NCBI GenBank assembly: GCA_963737065.1 | Contig: CAVTRC010000001.1 | Span: 736,001-800,000 of the forward strand | Origin: Candidatus Eremiobacteria bacterium | GTDB taxonomy: Bacteria; Vulcanimicrobiota; Vulcanimicrobiia; Vulcanimicrobiales; Vulcanimicrobiaceae | Length of the DNA: 64,000 bases | Direction: 5' to 3' | Shown here: positions 40,592 through 50,128 of the stretch, piece after piece | Numbering within the stretch: the stretch's first letter is position 1 | Layout: every line of letters begins with the position of its first letter | The notes under the pieces: generated by a model | The model's database searches: none | What the model was told of the DNA's origin: nothing | The model's input: only the letters and a program-made list of their open reading frames with translations | Program-made: the position numbers and the translations under genes

Positions 40592-41662
40592 GTGTTCGCC
40601 GATATCGCCTTCGCATTGCGCAGCGTTCTGCGCAGTCCCGCGCGCCTTCGCGCGCTCGTCGCCGCCGATCCATTGCTGCCGCTCCATCTCGTCCGCTTTC
40701 TGTTGCGCGTCGTTCCGGTCGCTGCGCGAACGCTCGCTCGCGTGCGCGCACGCGCCGAGCGGATACCGGACGCGCAACTGCGATACGAAGCGCTCTCGAG
40801 CGTCGACGGGAAAGCGTTTCACGTGGCGGGCGCCTCGATTCTCGCTACATTTCTTCGCGCCGGCGCTGCGCGCCGGTACATCGAAATCGTTACACCGCTC
40901 GAAACGATCTACGATTACCTCGATAATCTATGCGATCGCCACCCCGACGTCCGGCCCGATGCATATCCCGAGCTGCATCTCGCGATCGCCGATGCGCTCA
41001 ATCCCCACGCGCCGCCTCGCGACTATTACGCGAAGGGTCCGGCCGGCGATGACGGCGGATACCTTGCGTCGCTGGTCGCGCAAACGCAGCGCGCACTTGC
41101 CGACGTGCCGCATCTTGATCGATTGCGGCCGTGCTTCGCGGACGCTGCGGCTTTCTATGCGGAGTTACAAACGTTCAAACACCTCCCGCGCGGCGAACGC
41201 GAGCGCGCCTGCGTCGCATGGTACGAGCGAAACCGCGCTCGGTTTGGAGCGCTCGACTGGCATGAATTTGCCTGCGCCGCGGGATCCAACATGCATGTAT
41301 TCGCTGCACTGTACACGGCGTGCATCGATCGGCCTGAAGCGATCGGCCAAAGCTACGATGCGTACTTTCCGTTTGTCAGTGCGATCCATATCTTGCTCGA
41401 CTCGTTCATCGATCAAGATGAAGACGCCGAACATGACGACTTGAATTTTGCGCGCGTCTACGGCAATATCGCCACAATGCGCGAGCGCTTTGCGTTCATG
41501 ACGTCGCAGGCGCGCGCGCGTCTGGCGCTACTGCCCGACGCCGGCCGTCACCGCTTCGTACTGGATGTCATGACGCTATTCTATCTCAGCCATCCGAAGG
41601 TCGCCTCAGGCGATCTCGAGCGCGAGGCCCGGCAGTTGCTCCGCGCGAACGCACCGGGATAG
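40592..41662 (+). CDS. Tetraprenyl-beta-curcumene synthase-like class I terpene cyclase (YtpB/DUF2600)
   Basis: RIPDAQLR..AL.S...K.FH, TIYDYLDNLCD, DGGYL..LV, WHEFACAAGS, HILLDSFIDQDED...DLNF. Confidence 0.85.
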   Translation: MFADIAFALRSVLRSPARLRALVAADPLLPLHLVRFLLRVVPVAARTLARVRARAERIPDAQLRYEALSSVDGKAFHVAGASILATFLRAGAARRYIEIVTPLETIYDYLDNLCDRHPDVRPDAYPELHLAIADALNPHAPPRDYYAKGPAGDDGGYLASLVAQTQRALADVPHLDRLRPCFADAAAFYAELQTFKHLPRGERERACVAWYERNRARFGALDWHEFACAAGSNMHVFAALYTACIDRPEAIGQSYDAYFPFVSAIHILLDSFIDQDEDAEHDDLNFARVYGNIATMRERFAFMTSQARARLALLPDAGRHRFVLDVMTLFYLSHPKVASGDLEREARQLLRANAPG

Positions 41663-41690
41663 GCCGGAACAAAAAAGGAGGGCCGCTCCG

Positions 41691-43520
41691 CTGAACCGCT
41701 TCATTGCTGCGCTGCTCGGCGCATCGTTACTTCTGACGGCGCGCGCTCCGTCGCGTGCAGCGCTCAACACGAACGAGCAGTATGTGATCGATGCAATGAC
41801 GTCGTCGCGCGCGCTCGAGGACGCTCGCCGCCTCAATCAAGAGTCGCATTACGCAAGCACGCCGGGTGACGATCACATCGCGCACTGGATGGAAGACGTG
41901 CTGAGCGGCGCGGGGTTCAACGCATCGCTCGAACCGTTCAGGCACGACGTTCCGTTCGCTCGCGCACTGGCGCTCGAGCAGTACGCCGGCAACAAGCGGT
42001 GGGTGAAGTTCGATCTCGATGAAACGCCGATCGCAGCCGATCCCGACGGCACGCGTCCCGACGCGGGGCCGCCGTTCAATGCATGGAGCGGCAGCGGCAC
42101 GGTCGTTGCCAACATCGTGGACGCCGGGCACGGAATGCCCGACGACTATGCCGCGCTTGCCGCAAAGCACGTCGACGTACGCACCCGCATCGTCCTCGTT
42201 CGATACGGGCGCGAGTTCCGCGGATTGCTTGCCAAGCGCGCACAAGACGACGGCGCGCGCGGTGTATTGTTTTTCTCCGATCCGCACGACCGCGACGGCT
42301 CCCTGAGCGGACCCGCGTATCCCGATGGACCGTATCGTCCGCTTGGCGCCGTACAGCGCGGCGCACTTGAGGAGGGGCAGATAGCGATACCGACCGTGCC
42401 CGTCACCGCCTCGAATGCGGCGCGCATCACCAGCGATATGCGCGACGGCGTGACGCAGACGCCGTTTCGCCTTTCCGTTACGATGCTCGTAAAACGAAAT
42501 GCGACGTTGTGGAACACGGTTGGCGTGTTGCCGGGAAAAGATCCGACGCACGAAGTGGTACTCGGCGCGCATCGCGATGCATGGGTCTACGGCGTCACCG
42601 ATAACGGCTCGGGCACGTCGATTCTTCTCGACGTGGGGCGTGCGCTCGGCGCGTTGTATAAAAGCGGCTGGCGTCCGCAGTATTCCATCGTCATCGTTGG
42701 ATTCGACGGCGAAGAGATCGGCGAAGTCGGGTCAAAGGCCTACGTGCGCGCCCATTGGGGTGCACTCGAAAGCGGCTGCCTTGCATACATTAACGAGGAT
42801 GAAGCAACAACGGGCGCCGTCTTCGGCGCGACCGCCGCGGCGGCGCTGGAGCGTCTCGTTACCCCCGTGACGCGCAGCGTTTCCGCTCCCTCCACCTCGG
42901 AAAAGGTGCCGCTCTACGTCCGCTGGCAACAGCAGCCGCGCGGAGCGGCCGTTCGCGGTCCCGGAGGCGGTTCGGATTTCGAATCGTTTCTTTACGACGC
43001 CGGCATTCCGATCTTGGAGTACGGTTTCGGCGGCGTCTTCGGCGTCTATCATTCCGGTTTCGATGATCTTCGGTATGCAATGACGCAAGCCGATCCCAAC
43101 TTCATCCATCATCGAACCGTTGCGGAACTCGTCGCGCTCACCGCACTGCGGCTTTCAAACGGAAGCGTCGGATACGCGTTCTTTCCGTACGCCGCGCGCA
43201 TGCGAACGGCCCTCGGGTCCCTCGCGGGCGCGAAGGATCACGCAGCGGATTTGACGCCCGTACGCGCAGCAATCGGCCGTTTCGCAACCGCCGCGTCCGC
43301 GATCGACCGACGTGGTGGGAACGGCAATGCGCAGATTCAGATCGTGCATCGCGTGAACCGTTTGTTCTATGGCCGAAACGGCTACGCGGCCGTAGCCTTT
43401 CCCGATCTCGCCGAAGCGCTTGCATCGGGTAACGGCGCTGCGATTTCGGCTGCCGCTGGACGCACCGCTCATGCGCTCGATGAAATCGCGGGTGCGTTAG
43501 CGAACGCGACTCGACGATGA
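41691..43520 (+). CDS. M28 peptidase with PA domain (glutamate carboxypeptidase II-like), probable CTG start
   Basis: RYG..FRG, VQRG, GAHRDAW, DNGSG, FDGEEIG, GGSDF, YHSGFD; in-frame signal peptide from CTG 41691 with RBS AAGGAGG. Confidence 0.88.
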   Translation: MNRFIAALLGASLLLTARAPSRAALNTNEQYVIDAMTSSRALEDARRLNQESHYASTPGDDHIAHWMEDVLSGAGFNASLEPFRHDVPFARALALEQYAGNKRWVKFDLDETPIAADPDGTRPDAGPPFNAWSGSGTVVANIVDAGHGMPDDYAALAAKHVDVRTRIVLVRYGREFRGLLAKRAQDDGARGVLFFSDPHDRDGSLSGPAYPDGPYRPLGAVQRGALEEGQIAIPTVPVTASNAARITSDMRDGVTQTPFRLSVTMLVKRNATLWNTVGVLPGKDPTHEVVLGAHRDAWVYGVTDNGSGTSILLDVGRALGALYKSGWRPQYSIVIVGFDGEEIGEVGSKAYVRAHWGALESGCLAYINEDEATTGAVFGATAAAALERLVTPVTRSVSAPSTSEKVPLYVRWQQQPRGAAVRGPGGGSDFESFLYDAGIPILEYGFGGVFGVYHSGFDDLRYAMTQADPNFIHHRTVAELVALTALRLSNGSVGYAFFPYAARMRTALGSLAGAKDHAADLTPVRAAIGRFATAASAIDRRGGNGNAQIQIVHRVNRLFYGRNGYAAVAFPDLAEALASGNGAAISAAAGRTAHALDEIAGALANATRR

Positions 43521-44857
43521 CGATCTACGAGGTGCGTCGACAACAGGCGCTTGCCGCCTTTCACGGGGGCGTCGCGGTCATCCCGTCTGCAACGATTATC
43601 CAGCGCAACAATGACACGGAGTACGAGTTCCGGCAGAATTCCGACTTTTATTATCTCACCGGCTTCAATGAACCGGACGCGGTGCTCGTGCTTGCGCCGG
43701 AACACGACGAATACAGCACGGCTCTGTTCGTGCGCGAGCGCGATCGTGCGATGGAGATTTGGAACGGACGCCGTCTCGGTGTCGAGGCGGCCGCGCAGAC
43801 GCTCGCCGTCGACATCGCATATCCGATCGGCTCGCTTGCGCAAGAGCTTCCCGCCTATCTCTGCAACGTCGAGACGCTCTACTATGCGCTCGGCAACGGT
43901 GATACCGACGCAGTGGTGCGCAATGCATTAGCAGATGCACGCCTAAAAACGCGCCGCGCGGGATTTGCGCCGGACACCATTGCCGATCCGTCACCAACGC
44001 TGCACGCACTGCGACAGATCAAAAGCGCGCGCGAGCTCGAACTGATGCGCAAGAGCGCCGAGATCACCGGGCGTGGACACGTTGCGGCGATGCGCGCCAC
44101 CCGCCCCGGACTCTACGAGTACGAAATCGAAGCCGTACTCGAGTACGAATTTCATCGCGCGGGTGCGGACCGCGAAGCATACGAATCTATTGTTGCGGGC
44201 GGCGACAACGCGACGATTCTGCACTACCGAGAAAATCGCGATCGTCTCGCGGATGGAACGTTGCTCCTCGTCGATGCGGCATGCGAATATGAGTACTACG
44301 CCGCCGATGTCACGCGAACATGGCCGGTGAACGGACGGTTCACGCCGGAACAGCGCGCGATTTACGAGATCGTGCTCGCCGCGCAGCAAGCCGCAATCGA
44401 CGCGCTACGACCCGGCCAACCACAGAAAGCATTTCATCACGCGGCGGTGCGCACCATCGTCGAAGGCCTCATCGATGTTGGACTCTTGCATGGAAGCGTG
44501 GACGAACAGATCGAGCGCGAAACGTATCGCGAGTACTACATGCACGGAACCGGTCACTGGCTCGGCATGGACGTGCACGACGTGGGACGCTATCGCGACG
44601 TTTCGGACACGCCCGTTACACTGGAACCCGGCATGGTGACGACCGTCGAACCCGGCATTTACGTACAACGCGATTGCAACTGCGATGAGCGCTTTCGCGG
44701 AATCGGCGTGCGGATCGAAGATGATTTGCTCGTAACGGAATCGGGAACGGAGAATCTCACCGCTACGATTCCGAAGTCGATCGACGAATTGGAGGCAATC
44801 ATCGGCTCATGCGCGTTGGAATTCTCGGCGCAACCGGCTTCATCGGCCGCCACCTAG
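43517..44857 (+). CDS. pepP: Xaa-Pro aminopeptidase
   Basis: FRQNSDFYYLTGF.EPD, TILHY, DAACE..YYAADVTRT.P, HGTGHWLGMDVHD, TVEPGIY, RIEDD. Confidence 0.95.
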   Translation: MTIYEVRRQQALAAFHGGVAVIPSATIIQRNNDTEYEFRQNSDFYYLTGFNEPDAVLVLAPEHDEYSTALFVRERDRAMEIWNGRRLGVEAAAQTLAVDIAYPIGSLAQELPAYLCNVETLYYALGNGDTDAVVRNALADARLKTRRAGFAPDTIADPSPTLHALRQIKSARELELMRKSAEITGRGHVAAMRATRPGLYEYEIEAVLEYEFHRAGADREAYESIVAGGDNATILHYRENRDRLADGTLLLVDAACEYEYYAADVTRTWPVNGRFTPEQRAIYEIVLAAQQAAIDALRPGQPQKAFHHAAVRTIVEGLIDVGLLHGSVDEQIERETYREYYMHGTGHWLGMDVHDVGRYRDVSDTPVTLEPGMVTTVEPGIYVQRDCNCDERFRGIGVRIEDDLLVTESGTENLTATIPKSIDELEAIIGSCALEFSAQPASSAAT

Positions 44858-45648
44858 CCGCACGGCTGACGGCACGCGGTGACGACGTGGTCACGGCGTC
44901 TGTGCGCGAGCCCGCCGACGCCGCGCGCCAACTCGCATCGTGCGATGCGATCGTGAATCTCGCGGGCGAGACGCTCGTGCAGCGTTGGAACGCGACGGTA
45001 AAGCACCGAATCGTCTCCAGCCGTACGGAACTGCCGCACCGTTTCCTCGAAGCGCTCCAAACGTTTCCATCGCGTCCGCGGGTTTACGTGTCGGCATCGG
45101 CAATCGGTTACTACGGCACGAGCGAAACCGCGACGTTTACGGAAGAGAGTCCGCCGGGCGACGATTTTCTCGCTCGGGTCTGCATTGCTTGGGAGCGTGA
45201 AGCGCTCCGCGCGCAGACGTTCGGCATGCGCGTCGCGTTGATCCGCACGGGAATCGTCCTCGGCGACGCCGGAGCGCTCGGGCAAATGCTCGCGCCGTTC
45301 AAGCTGGGCGCAGGCGGCATCGTAGGAAACGGGCGGCAGTGGATTTCATGGATTCACGTCGACGACGTGACCGGAATCTATGCGCTCGCGCTTGACGGAA
45401 CGAGCGGCGTGCTGAATGCGACCGCGCCGAATCCCGTGACGAACGCTGAGTTCACGCACGCACTGGGACGCGCGGTGCATCGACCGACGGTCCTTCCGGC
45501 GCCGACGTTCGCGTTGCGCATGCTGCTCGGCGAAGGTGCCGATATGCTGTTGACCGGTCAGCGCGTTCTGCCGCAGCGAACGCAAGCCGAAGGCTATAGG
45601 TTTGCGTTCACGCAGATCGACGACGCGCTCGCGAATGCGGTTGCATGA
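44809..45648 (+). CDS. TIGR01777/YfcH-family NAD-dependent epimerase
   Basis: GATGFIG, VNLAGE, SASAIGYYG, DFLARVC..WE, SWIHVDD, GQRVLP. Confidence 0.92.
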   Translation: MRVGILGATGFIGRHLAARLTARGDDVVTASVREPADAARQLASCDAIVNLAGETLVQRWNATVKHRIVSSRTELPHRFLEALQTFPSRPRVYVSASAIGYYGTSETATFTEESPPGDDFLARVCIAWEREALRAQTFGMRVALIRTGIVLGDAGALGQMLAPFKLGAGGIVGNGRQWISWIHVDDVTGIYALALDGTSGVLNATAPNPVTNAEFTHALGRAVHRPTVLPAPTFALRMLLGEGADMLLTGQRVLPQRTQAEGYRFAFTQIDDALANAVA

Positions 45649-45977
45649 TCGCCTTCGACGACTTTCTTAAAGTCGACATTCGCGCTGGGACGATCCTCGA
45701 AGCGCAAGCGCTCCAAGGCGCTCGGAAGCCGGCGTACACGCTGCGCATTGATTTCGGCCGGGAGATCGGGGAAAAGATGTCTTCCGCGCAAATAACGATT
45801 CGCCATCGCGCCGAAGAGCTCGCGGGATCGCAAGTCTGCGCGGTCGTGAACTTTCCGCCGAAACGCATCGCCGGATTTACCAGTGAAGTGCTCGTCCTCG
45901 GCATGAACGACGAAAACGGAAACGTCGTCCTCATTCGTCCGCAGTTCGCCGTTCCAAACGGGGCGCGTTTGTATTAG
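45645..45977 (+). CDS. csaA: tRNA-binding/secretion chaperone CsaA
   Basis: DFLKVDIRAGTI, ARKPAY, SSAQIT, VVNFPPKRIAGF.SEVLVLG. Confidence 0.92.
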   Translation: MIAFDDFLKVDIRAGTILEAQALQGARKPAYTLRIDFGREIGEKMSSAQITIRHRAEELAGSQVCAVVNFPPKRIAGFTSEVLVLGMNDENGNVVLIRPQFAVPNGARLY

Positions 45978-45983
45978 CGAGAC

Positions 45984-46925
45984 CTAGCCCGCGACCGCTT
46001 CTTGCACGGCGAACTCTAGCGCTTCGAGATACTTCTCGGCGTCCATCGCGGCTTTGCACCCCGCACTTGCAGCGGTGATCGCTTGTTTGTAACGCAGATC
46101 GTTCACGTCGCCGGCAACGAAGACCCCGTCGATGTTCGTCTGCACGCCGTCGGGTGAGACGATGTAGCCGTTTTCGTCGAGATCGAGCTGGCCATCGAAG
46201 ATCCCCGTGTTTGGCGTATGTCCGATGGCGATGAAGAGCGCATCGGCATCGAGCGCGCGCGTCGCCCCGTCAACAACGTTTCGCAGCACGAGGCCGTGCA
46301 TCACCGTGTCGCCGAGCACTTCTTCAACGACGGTGTTCCAGATGAAATGAATTTTTTCGTGTGCGAACGCGCGCGCCGCCATGATTTTGCTCGCGCGAAG
46401 ATGATCGCGGCGGTGAATAAGCGTAACTTTGCTTCCGAACCGAGTCAAAAAGAGCGCTTCTTCCATGGCTGAGTCCCCGCCGCCCACGACGACGATACGC
46501 TTGTCGCGGAAGAACGCTCCGTCGCACGTCGCGCACGTCGAAACGCCGCGGCCACGAAATTTCTCTTCACCGGGAATATCGAGCCAGCGCGCGCTCGCGC
46601 CGGTGGCGACGATGACCGTCTTAGCATGATACTCGGCGTCACCGGTGCGCACGGCGAACGGTTTCTTCAAAAAGTCGACGGATGTCGCATCGACATTCTC
46701 GATGCGCGCGCCAAAGCGTTCGGCCTGTTCGCGAAATTTCGTCATCATGTCCGGGCCCATGATGCCGTCGGGAAATCCCGGATAGTTCTCTACTTCAGTC
46801 GTCAACATCAGTTGACCGCCGTAGAGACCGCCCGCAATCACCAACGGGTTCAGGTTCGCGCGCGCGGCATAGACGGCGGCGGTAAGCCCAGCCGGACCGG
46901 AACCAATGATGATAACGCGTTCCAT
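45984..46925 (-). CDS. trxB: Thioredoxin reductase
   Basis: IIGSGPAG, GGQL..TTEVENYPG, CATCDG, GGGDSAMEEA, QAITAA..GC. Confidence 0.97.
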   Translation of the reverse strand: MERVIIIGSGPAGLTAAVYAARANLNPLVIAGGLYGGQLMLTTEVENYPGFPDGIMGPDMMTKFREQAERFGARIENVDATSVDFLKKPFAVRTGDAEYHAKTVIVATGASARWLDIPGEEKFRGRGVSTCATCDGAFFRDKRIVVVGGGDSAMEEALFLTRFGSKVTLIHRRDHLRASKIMAARAFAHEKIHFIWNTVVEEVLGDTVMHGLVLRNVVDGATRALDADALFIAIGHTPNTGIFDGQLDLDENGYIVSPDGVQTNIDGVFVAGDVNDLRYKQAITAASAGCKAAMDAEKYLEALEFAVQEAVAG

Positions 46926-47031
46926 GGTTGCTGCCAATTCGACCGGGCGCCGCGTGGTTCCGTTGCAAGCGGGCGAGATAGGGACGCCTTTCTACCAAAG
47001 GTCGTCGGCGCGGTGGTACGAAGTGCAACGC

Positions 47032-47871
47032 ATGGGGAAGTGGCCGCAGATTGCGCTCGAAGACACCTTCGGCGATGTGTTGCGCAAAGCGATGCGCGGC
47101 AACCGCGTTGACGCACGCGTAGTGGAACAACGAACCGGCATTTCGTCAACGAAAATCGACGCATGGGTCCACGATCGCGGGACGGCAACGCCCGATGAAG
47201 CACGCGCACTGGCGCCCGTGTTACGACTCGATCCTGAAAAGCTCGCGGTACGCGCAGAAGACGCGTGGCATCCGCCGCCTATCGATCTGTCGGATGTTCG
47301 TCATCATGCGCAGGATCCGCATCCCAGCAACGGATACATTTTTTTCCTCGATGGCGGCCTGCGGGCGGCGCTGATCGACCCCGCGGGCATTCCAAGCAAT
47401 TTGCTCCACATCTTGAGCGGCGGCGCGTACCATCTGCAATACATTCTGATCACGCATAAGCACGCCGATCATTGCGATGCGACAGCCGACGTGGCTGCGG
47501 CGTTTCCTAACGCGCAAATCGTGATGCATGCCGCCGACGTTCACGCGATCGGTTCGCTCGCGCAACGGGCACTGCAGCTCCGTGACGGCGATGAATTACC
47601 GTTCGGTGACGATACTGCAATACGGATGTTGCACACACCCGGTCACACCGATGGATCCGCATCGTACCTGTTCAAATCGGCGTTGTTCACCGGCGATACC
47701 CTCTTTGCGGGAAGCGTCGGCGGAGCATTCGGCGACGTGAGCACCTACGACGACATTCTCAACAGCGTACGCTCAAAAATATTCACCCTGGCGGACGATA
47801 CCGTGCTGATGCCGGGACACGGGCCCCCGACGACCGTCGCACTCGAAAAAGCGCACAATCCCTTCTTTTAG
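47032..47871 (+). CDS. MBL-fold hydrolase (glyoxalase II-like) with N-terminal XRE-like HTH
   Basis: THKHADH, HTPGHT, FTGDTLFAGSVG, PGHGP.TT..E...NPF; N-terminus 'FGDVLRKA...VEQRTGIS...W'. Confidence 0.85.
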   Translation: MGKWPQIALEDTFGDVLRKAMRGNRVDARVVEQRTGISSTKIDAWVHDRGTATPDEARALAPVLRLDPEKLAVRAEDAWHPPPIDLSDVRHHAQDPHPSNGYIFFLDGGLRAALIDPAGIPSNLLHILSGGAYHLQYILITHKHADHCDATADVAAAFPNAQIVMHAADVHAIGSLAQRALQLRDGDELPFGDDTAIRMLHTPGHTDGSASYLFKSALFTGDTLFAGSVGGAFGDVSTYDDILNSVRSKIFTLADDTVLMPGHGPPTTVALEKAHNPFF

Positions 47872-48127
47872 GCTTTGACGACCCTGTGGAAGCGACACGT
47901 CGACCGATACATGAGTTCAAACGCCGCCCACCAAGGTGCACACGCGTGCGTTGCTTCACGTAATCCGGAATCGCCGACGCTCACTTCGCGCGCTATGCTT
48001 CGCCTTCCCGATTAGTTCCGGCTTTTAACTGACACCCCCGTGGTGGTAACCTGATGCAAATCAGTATGACTTAACAGGGCCGTGCGTAACAAATTGATTT
48101 CACTCCAGTTGCCTTAGCTCTTGTCGT

Positions 48128-48511
48128 CTAGTTCCCCCAACGTATAAGCGATCCGATTACGCATGTAGCGATCAAGACGTACGACAACATCCATAGCGAG
48201 CCTACATTCGCCTTCGCGCGCACGTCCGGTGACGCTGCCCGATACGTTCTAAAGCGCATTGCTACGCCAACGAAGCAAATTACGGAAGGAATGAAGTAGA
48301 CAATGCTAGTCCATCCGCCAGGCGCCGGTAGGATCTGGGGGATGAAGGGAGCGAGTGCCATTTTCTCCCACGCTACCATGCATCTGTCCACAAGTCGACT
48401 CGGCGCGTCCGCGCAAATCTCGGCGTAGGGGCTCGGCGCGCCAGTCGTAATTGTGGCAGCTGCCTAAACATCCGCAACCGCGTAGATAATGCACGCGATA
48501 AGCATCGCCAC
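48128..48511 (-). pseudogene. Small membrane protein interrupted by an in-frame TAG (48464-48466)
   Basis: VAMLIACIIYAVADV*AAAT...MALAPF...SIVYFIPSVICFVGV...LWMLSYVLIATCVIG runs in one frame with three hydrophobic segments. Confidence 0.35.
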
Positions 48512-48537
48512 CGTGGGTCGCGCGGGCTTGGGGCTTA

Positions 48538-48894
48538 TTGGCTCCGGTTTACCGCATCGGGCCGGTAAAAGGCCCGATGTATACGCCGGACTCGCCCGCG
48601 CCGGAATGCAGCAATCCGATTCCCGACGCACAAGAAATTGCAAGCAACATGGCGGAATACATCGCACAAAACGCGCGGAATTTCTCCGCTGCGTTGGTTG
48701 CCGCAGCCCAGAACGCCATCGAGGATTGGCAAGGCACGGGTCTAGGTGTCGCGGCATCCGTAACCGCCGCTATGGAATTCATCGGCGTCGTTATGGCCGG
48801 CCTTTCCTTTGGCGATGCATTCGTGATGCTGGCCGCCATCGCAATCGGCATCGCGACGCTCTACGAACTGCTCACTACTCGCGTTTCGAAGTAG
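48538..48894 (+). CDS. Small hydrophobic Ala/Gly-rich protein (possible toxin/bacteriocin-like fragment)
   Basis: 118 aa; C-terminal hydrophobic hairpin GLGVAASVTAAMEFIGVVMAG/AFVMLAAIAIGIATLY. Confidence 0.4.
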   Translation: MAPVYRIGPVKGPMYTPDSPAPECSNPIPDAQEIASNMAEYIAQNARNFSAALVAAAQNAIEDWQGTGLGVAASVTAAMEFIGVVMAGLSFGDAFVMLAAIAIGIATLYELLTTRVSK

Positions 48895-49339
48895 CGTGGC
48901 TGCACAACGCTGTACGCGAGACAGCTTTGTCACCATTTCGGCGCCCTTTAGCGAAATCTCTGAGAAGAATCGTCGTCACGCCCGCTCGCGGCCGCTTGGC
49001 GGGGGCTGCAGGTATCGTCACCGACGGGCCGTCGTCCGTTTCGATAACCGCGCCGCTCGTGCGCGGCGCTGAATCTTCTTCGCGGATGAGCTCGAACTGC
49101 AACACGATGCTGCCGGACGCGGGAATCGTCTCATGCATTTCGCCCGGCGAACACACGCGCGCGTCGCAAAACGCGGCGATCCAGCCGCCGGCAACGTGCG
49201 TTGCGCGAAGATGGACGACCGTAGCGGGTAACGCTTCGATCGTAAGCCGATACTTCAGCGCCGCGGTCGTCGCAGTCGCCAAATCAGCGCCTTTCCAGGG
49301 AGCGACGAGCAACGTCGTCATCGCAAAGATCAGCATCAT
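48875..49339 (-). CDS. Hypothetical exported beta-rich protein
   Basis: Follows the ABC permease by 6 nt; GWIAAFCDARVCSP motif. Confidence 0.55.
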   Translation of the reverse strand: MMLIFAMTTLLVAPWKGADLATATTAALKYRLTIEALPATVVHLRATHVAGGWIAAFCDARVCSPGEMHETIPASGSIVLQFELIREEDSAPRTSGAVIETDDGPSVTIPAAPAKRPRAGVTTILLRDFAKGRRNGDKAVSRTALCSHATSKRE

Positions 49340-49345
49340 GGCTTC

Positions 49346-50128
49346 TTACGTGCGCAGTTTGTAACCAATCGCCATCATACGGAGCGCGATGCCGAGAGCG
49401 ACGAGCATGAGCAGAGCGATCATGCCGAGCGAGAGCCACAGCGGCAAAAAACTCTCGCCGGTGTAGCTCCGGCGAAACGCGTCAATCGTATAGAAGATCG
49501 GATTGACGAGTTCGAGCCGCTGCAGCAGTTGTGGCAGCATTGCAGCAGACGTGAATACGCCGCCGACAAACGTTAGCGGCGTGATCACGAACGTCGTGAG
49601 CACGGCGAGATGATCGAACTTCTCCGCCATCAGCCCGAAGATCAGTCCAAGCGAACTGAACAGCACGGACACCATACAAAGAACGCAAAAATAGAGCAGC
49701 CAGTTTTGCGGCCATGTATGAACGAGCACGGCACCCAGCGCCGTGATCAGTGCCGCGATCAAAATCGCGCGCGCTAGGCTGCCGAGGATATAGCCGAAGA
49801 CCATCTCCGAGGCCGACATCGGTGCGATCAGCATCTCCTGAATGGAGTTCATGAAACGCCCCTGAAAGATAGAACTCGAACATTCGCCGTACGATGAGTC
49901 GATCGTCTGCAGCATGATGAGGCCCGGTATCAGAAACTGCGCGTACGTCACTCCTTGCACGCTCTGGATCCGGCTGCCGAGCGCGAGCCCGAAGACGAAC
50001 ACGTAGAGCAGCGTAGAGATCACGGGCGGCCAGATCACCTGATTGATGATCTTCAAGCTGCGAATCATCTCGCGTTTGATGAGCGTCCACAGAGCAACCC
50101 CGTTGAACGCGGAAGCTTCGGCGGTCAT
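49346..50128 (-). CDS. ABC-2 permease (YadH-like)
   Basis: PPVISTLLY..VFG, Y.QFLIPGLIM, TPLTFVGGVF, NPIFY.IDAFR. Confidence 0.92.
   Translation of the reverse strand: MTAEASAFNGVALWTLIKREMIRSLKIINQVIWPPVISTLLYVFVFGLALGSRIQSVQGVTYAQFLIPGLIMLQTIDSSYGECSSSIFQGRFMNSIQEMLIAPMSASEMVFGYILGSLARAILIAALITALGAVLVHTWPQNWLLYFCVLCMVSVLFSSLGLIFGLMAEKFDHLAVLTTFVITPLTFVGGVFTSAAMLPQLLQRLELVNPIFYTIDAFRRSYTGESFLPLWLSLGMIALLMLVALGIALRMMAIGYKLRT

Noticed and set aside
48464..48466. In-frame TAG as pyrrolysine or recoding
   Set aside because: TAG is used as an ordinary stop by many genes here and no pyl genes are present; a nonsense mutation or spurious ORF is simpler
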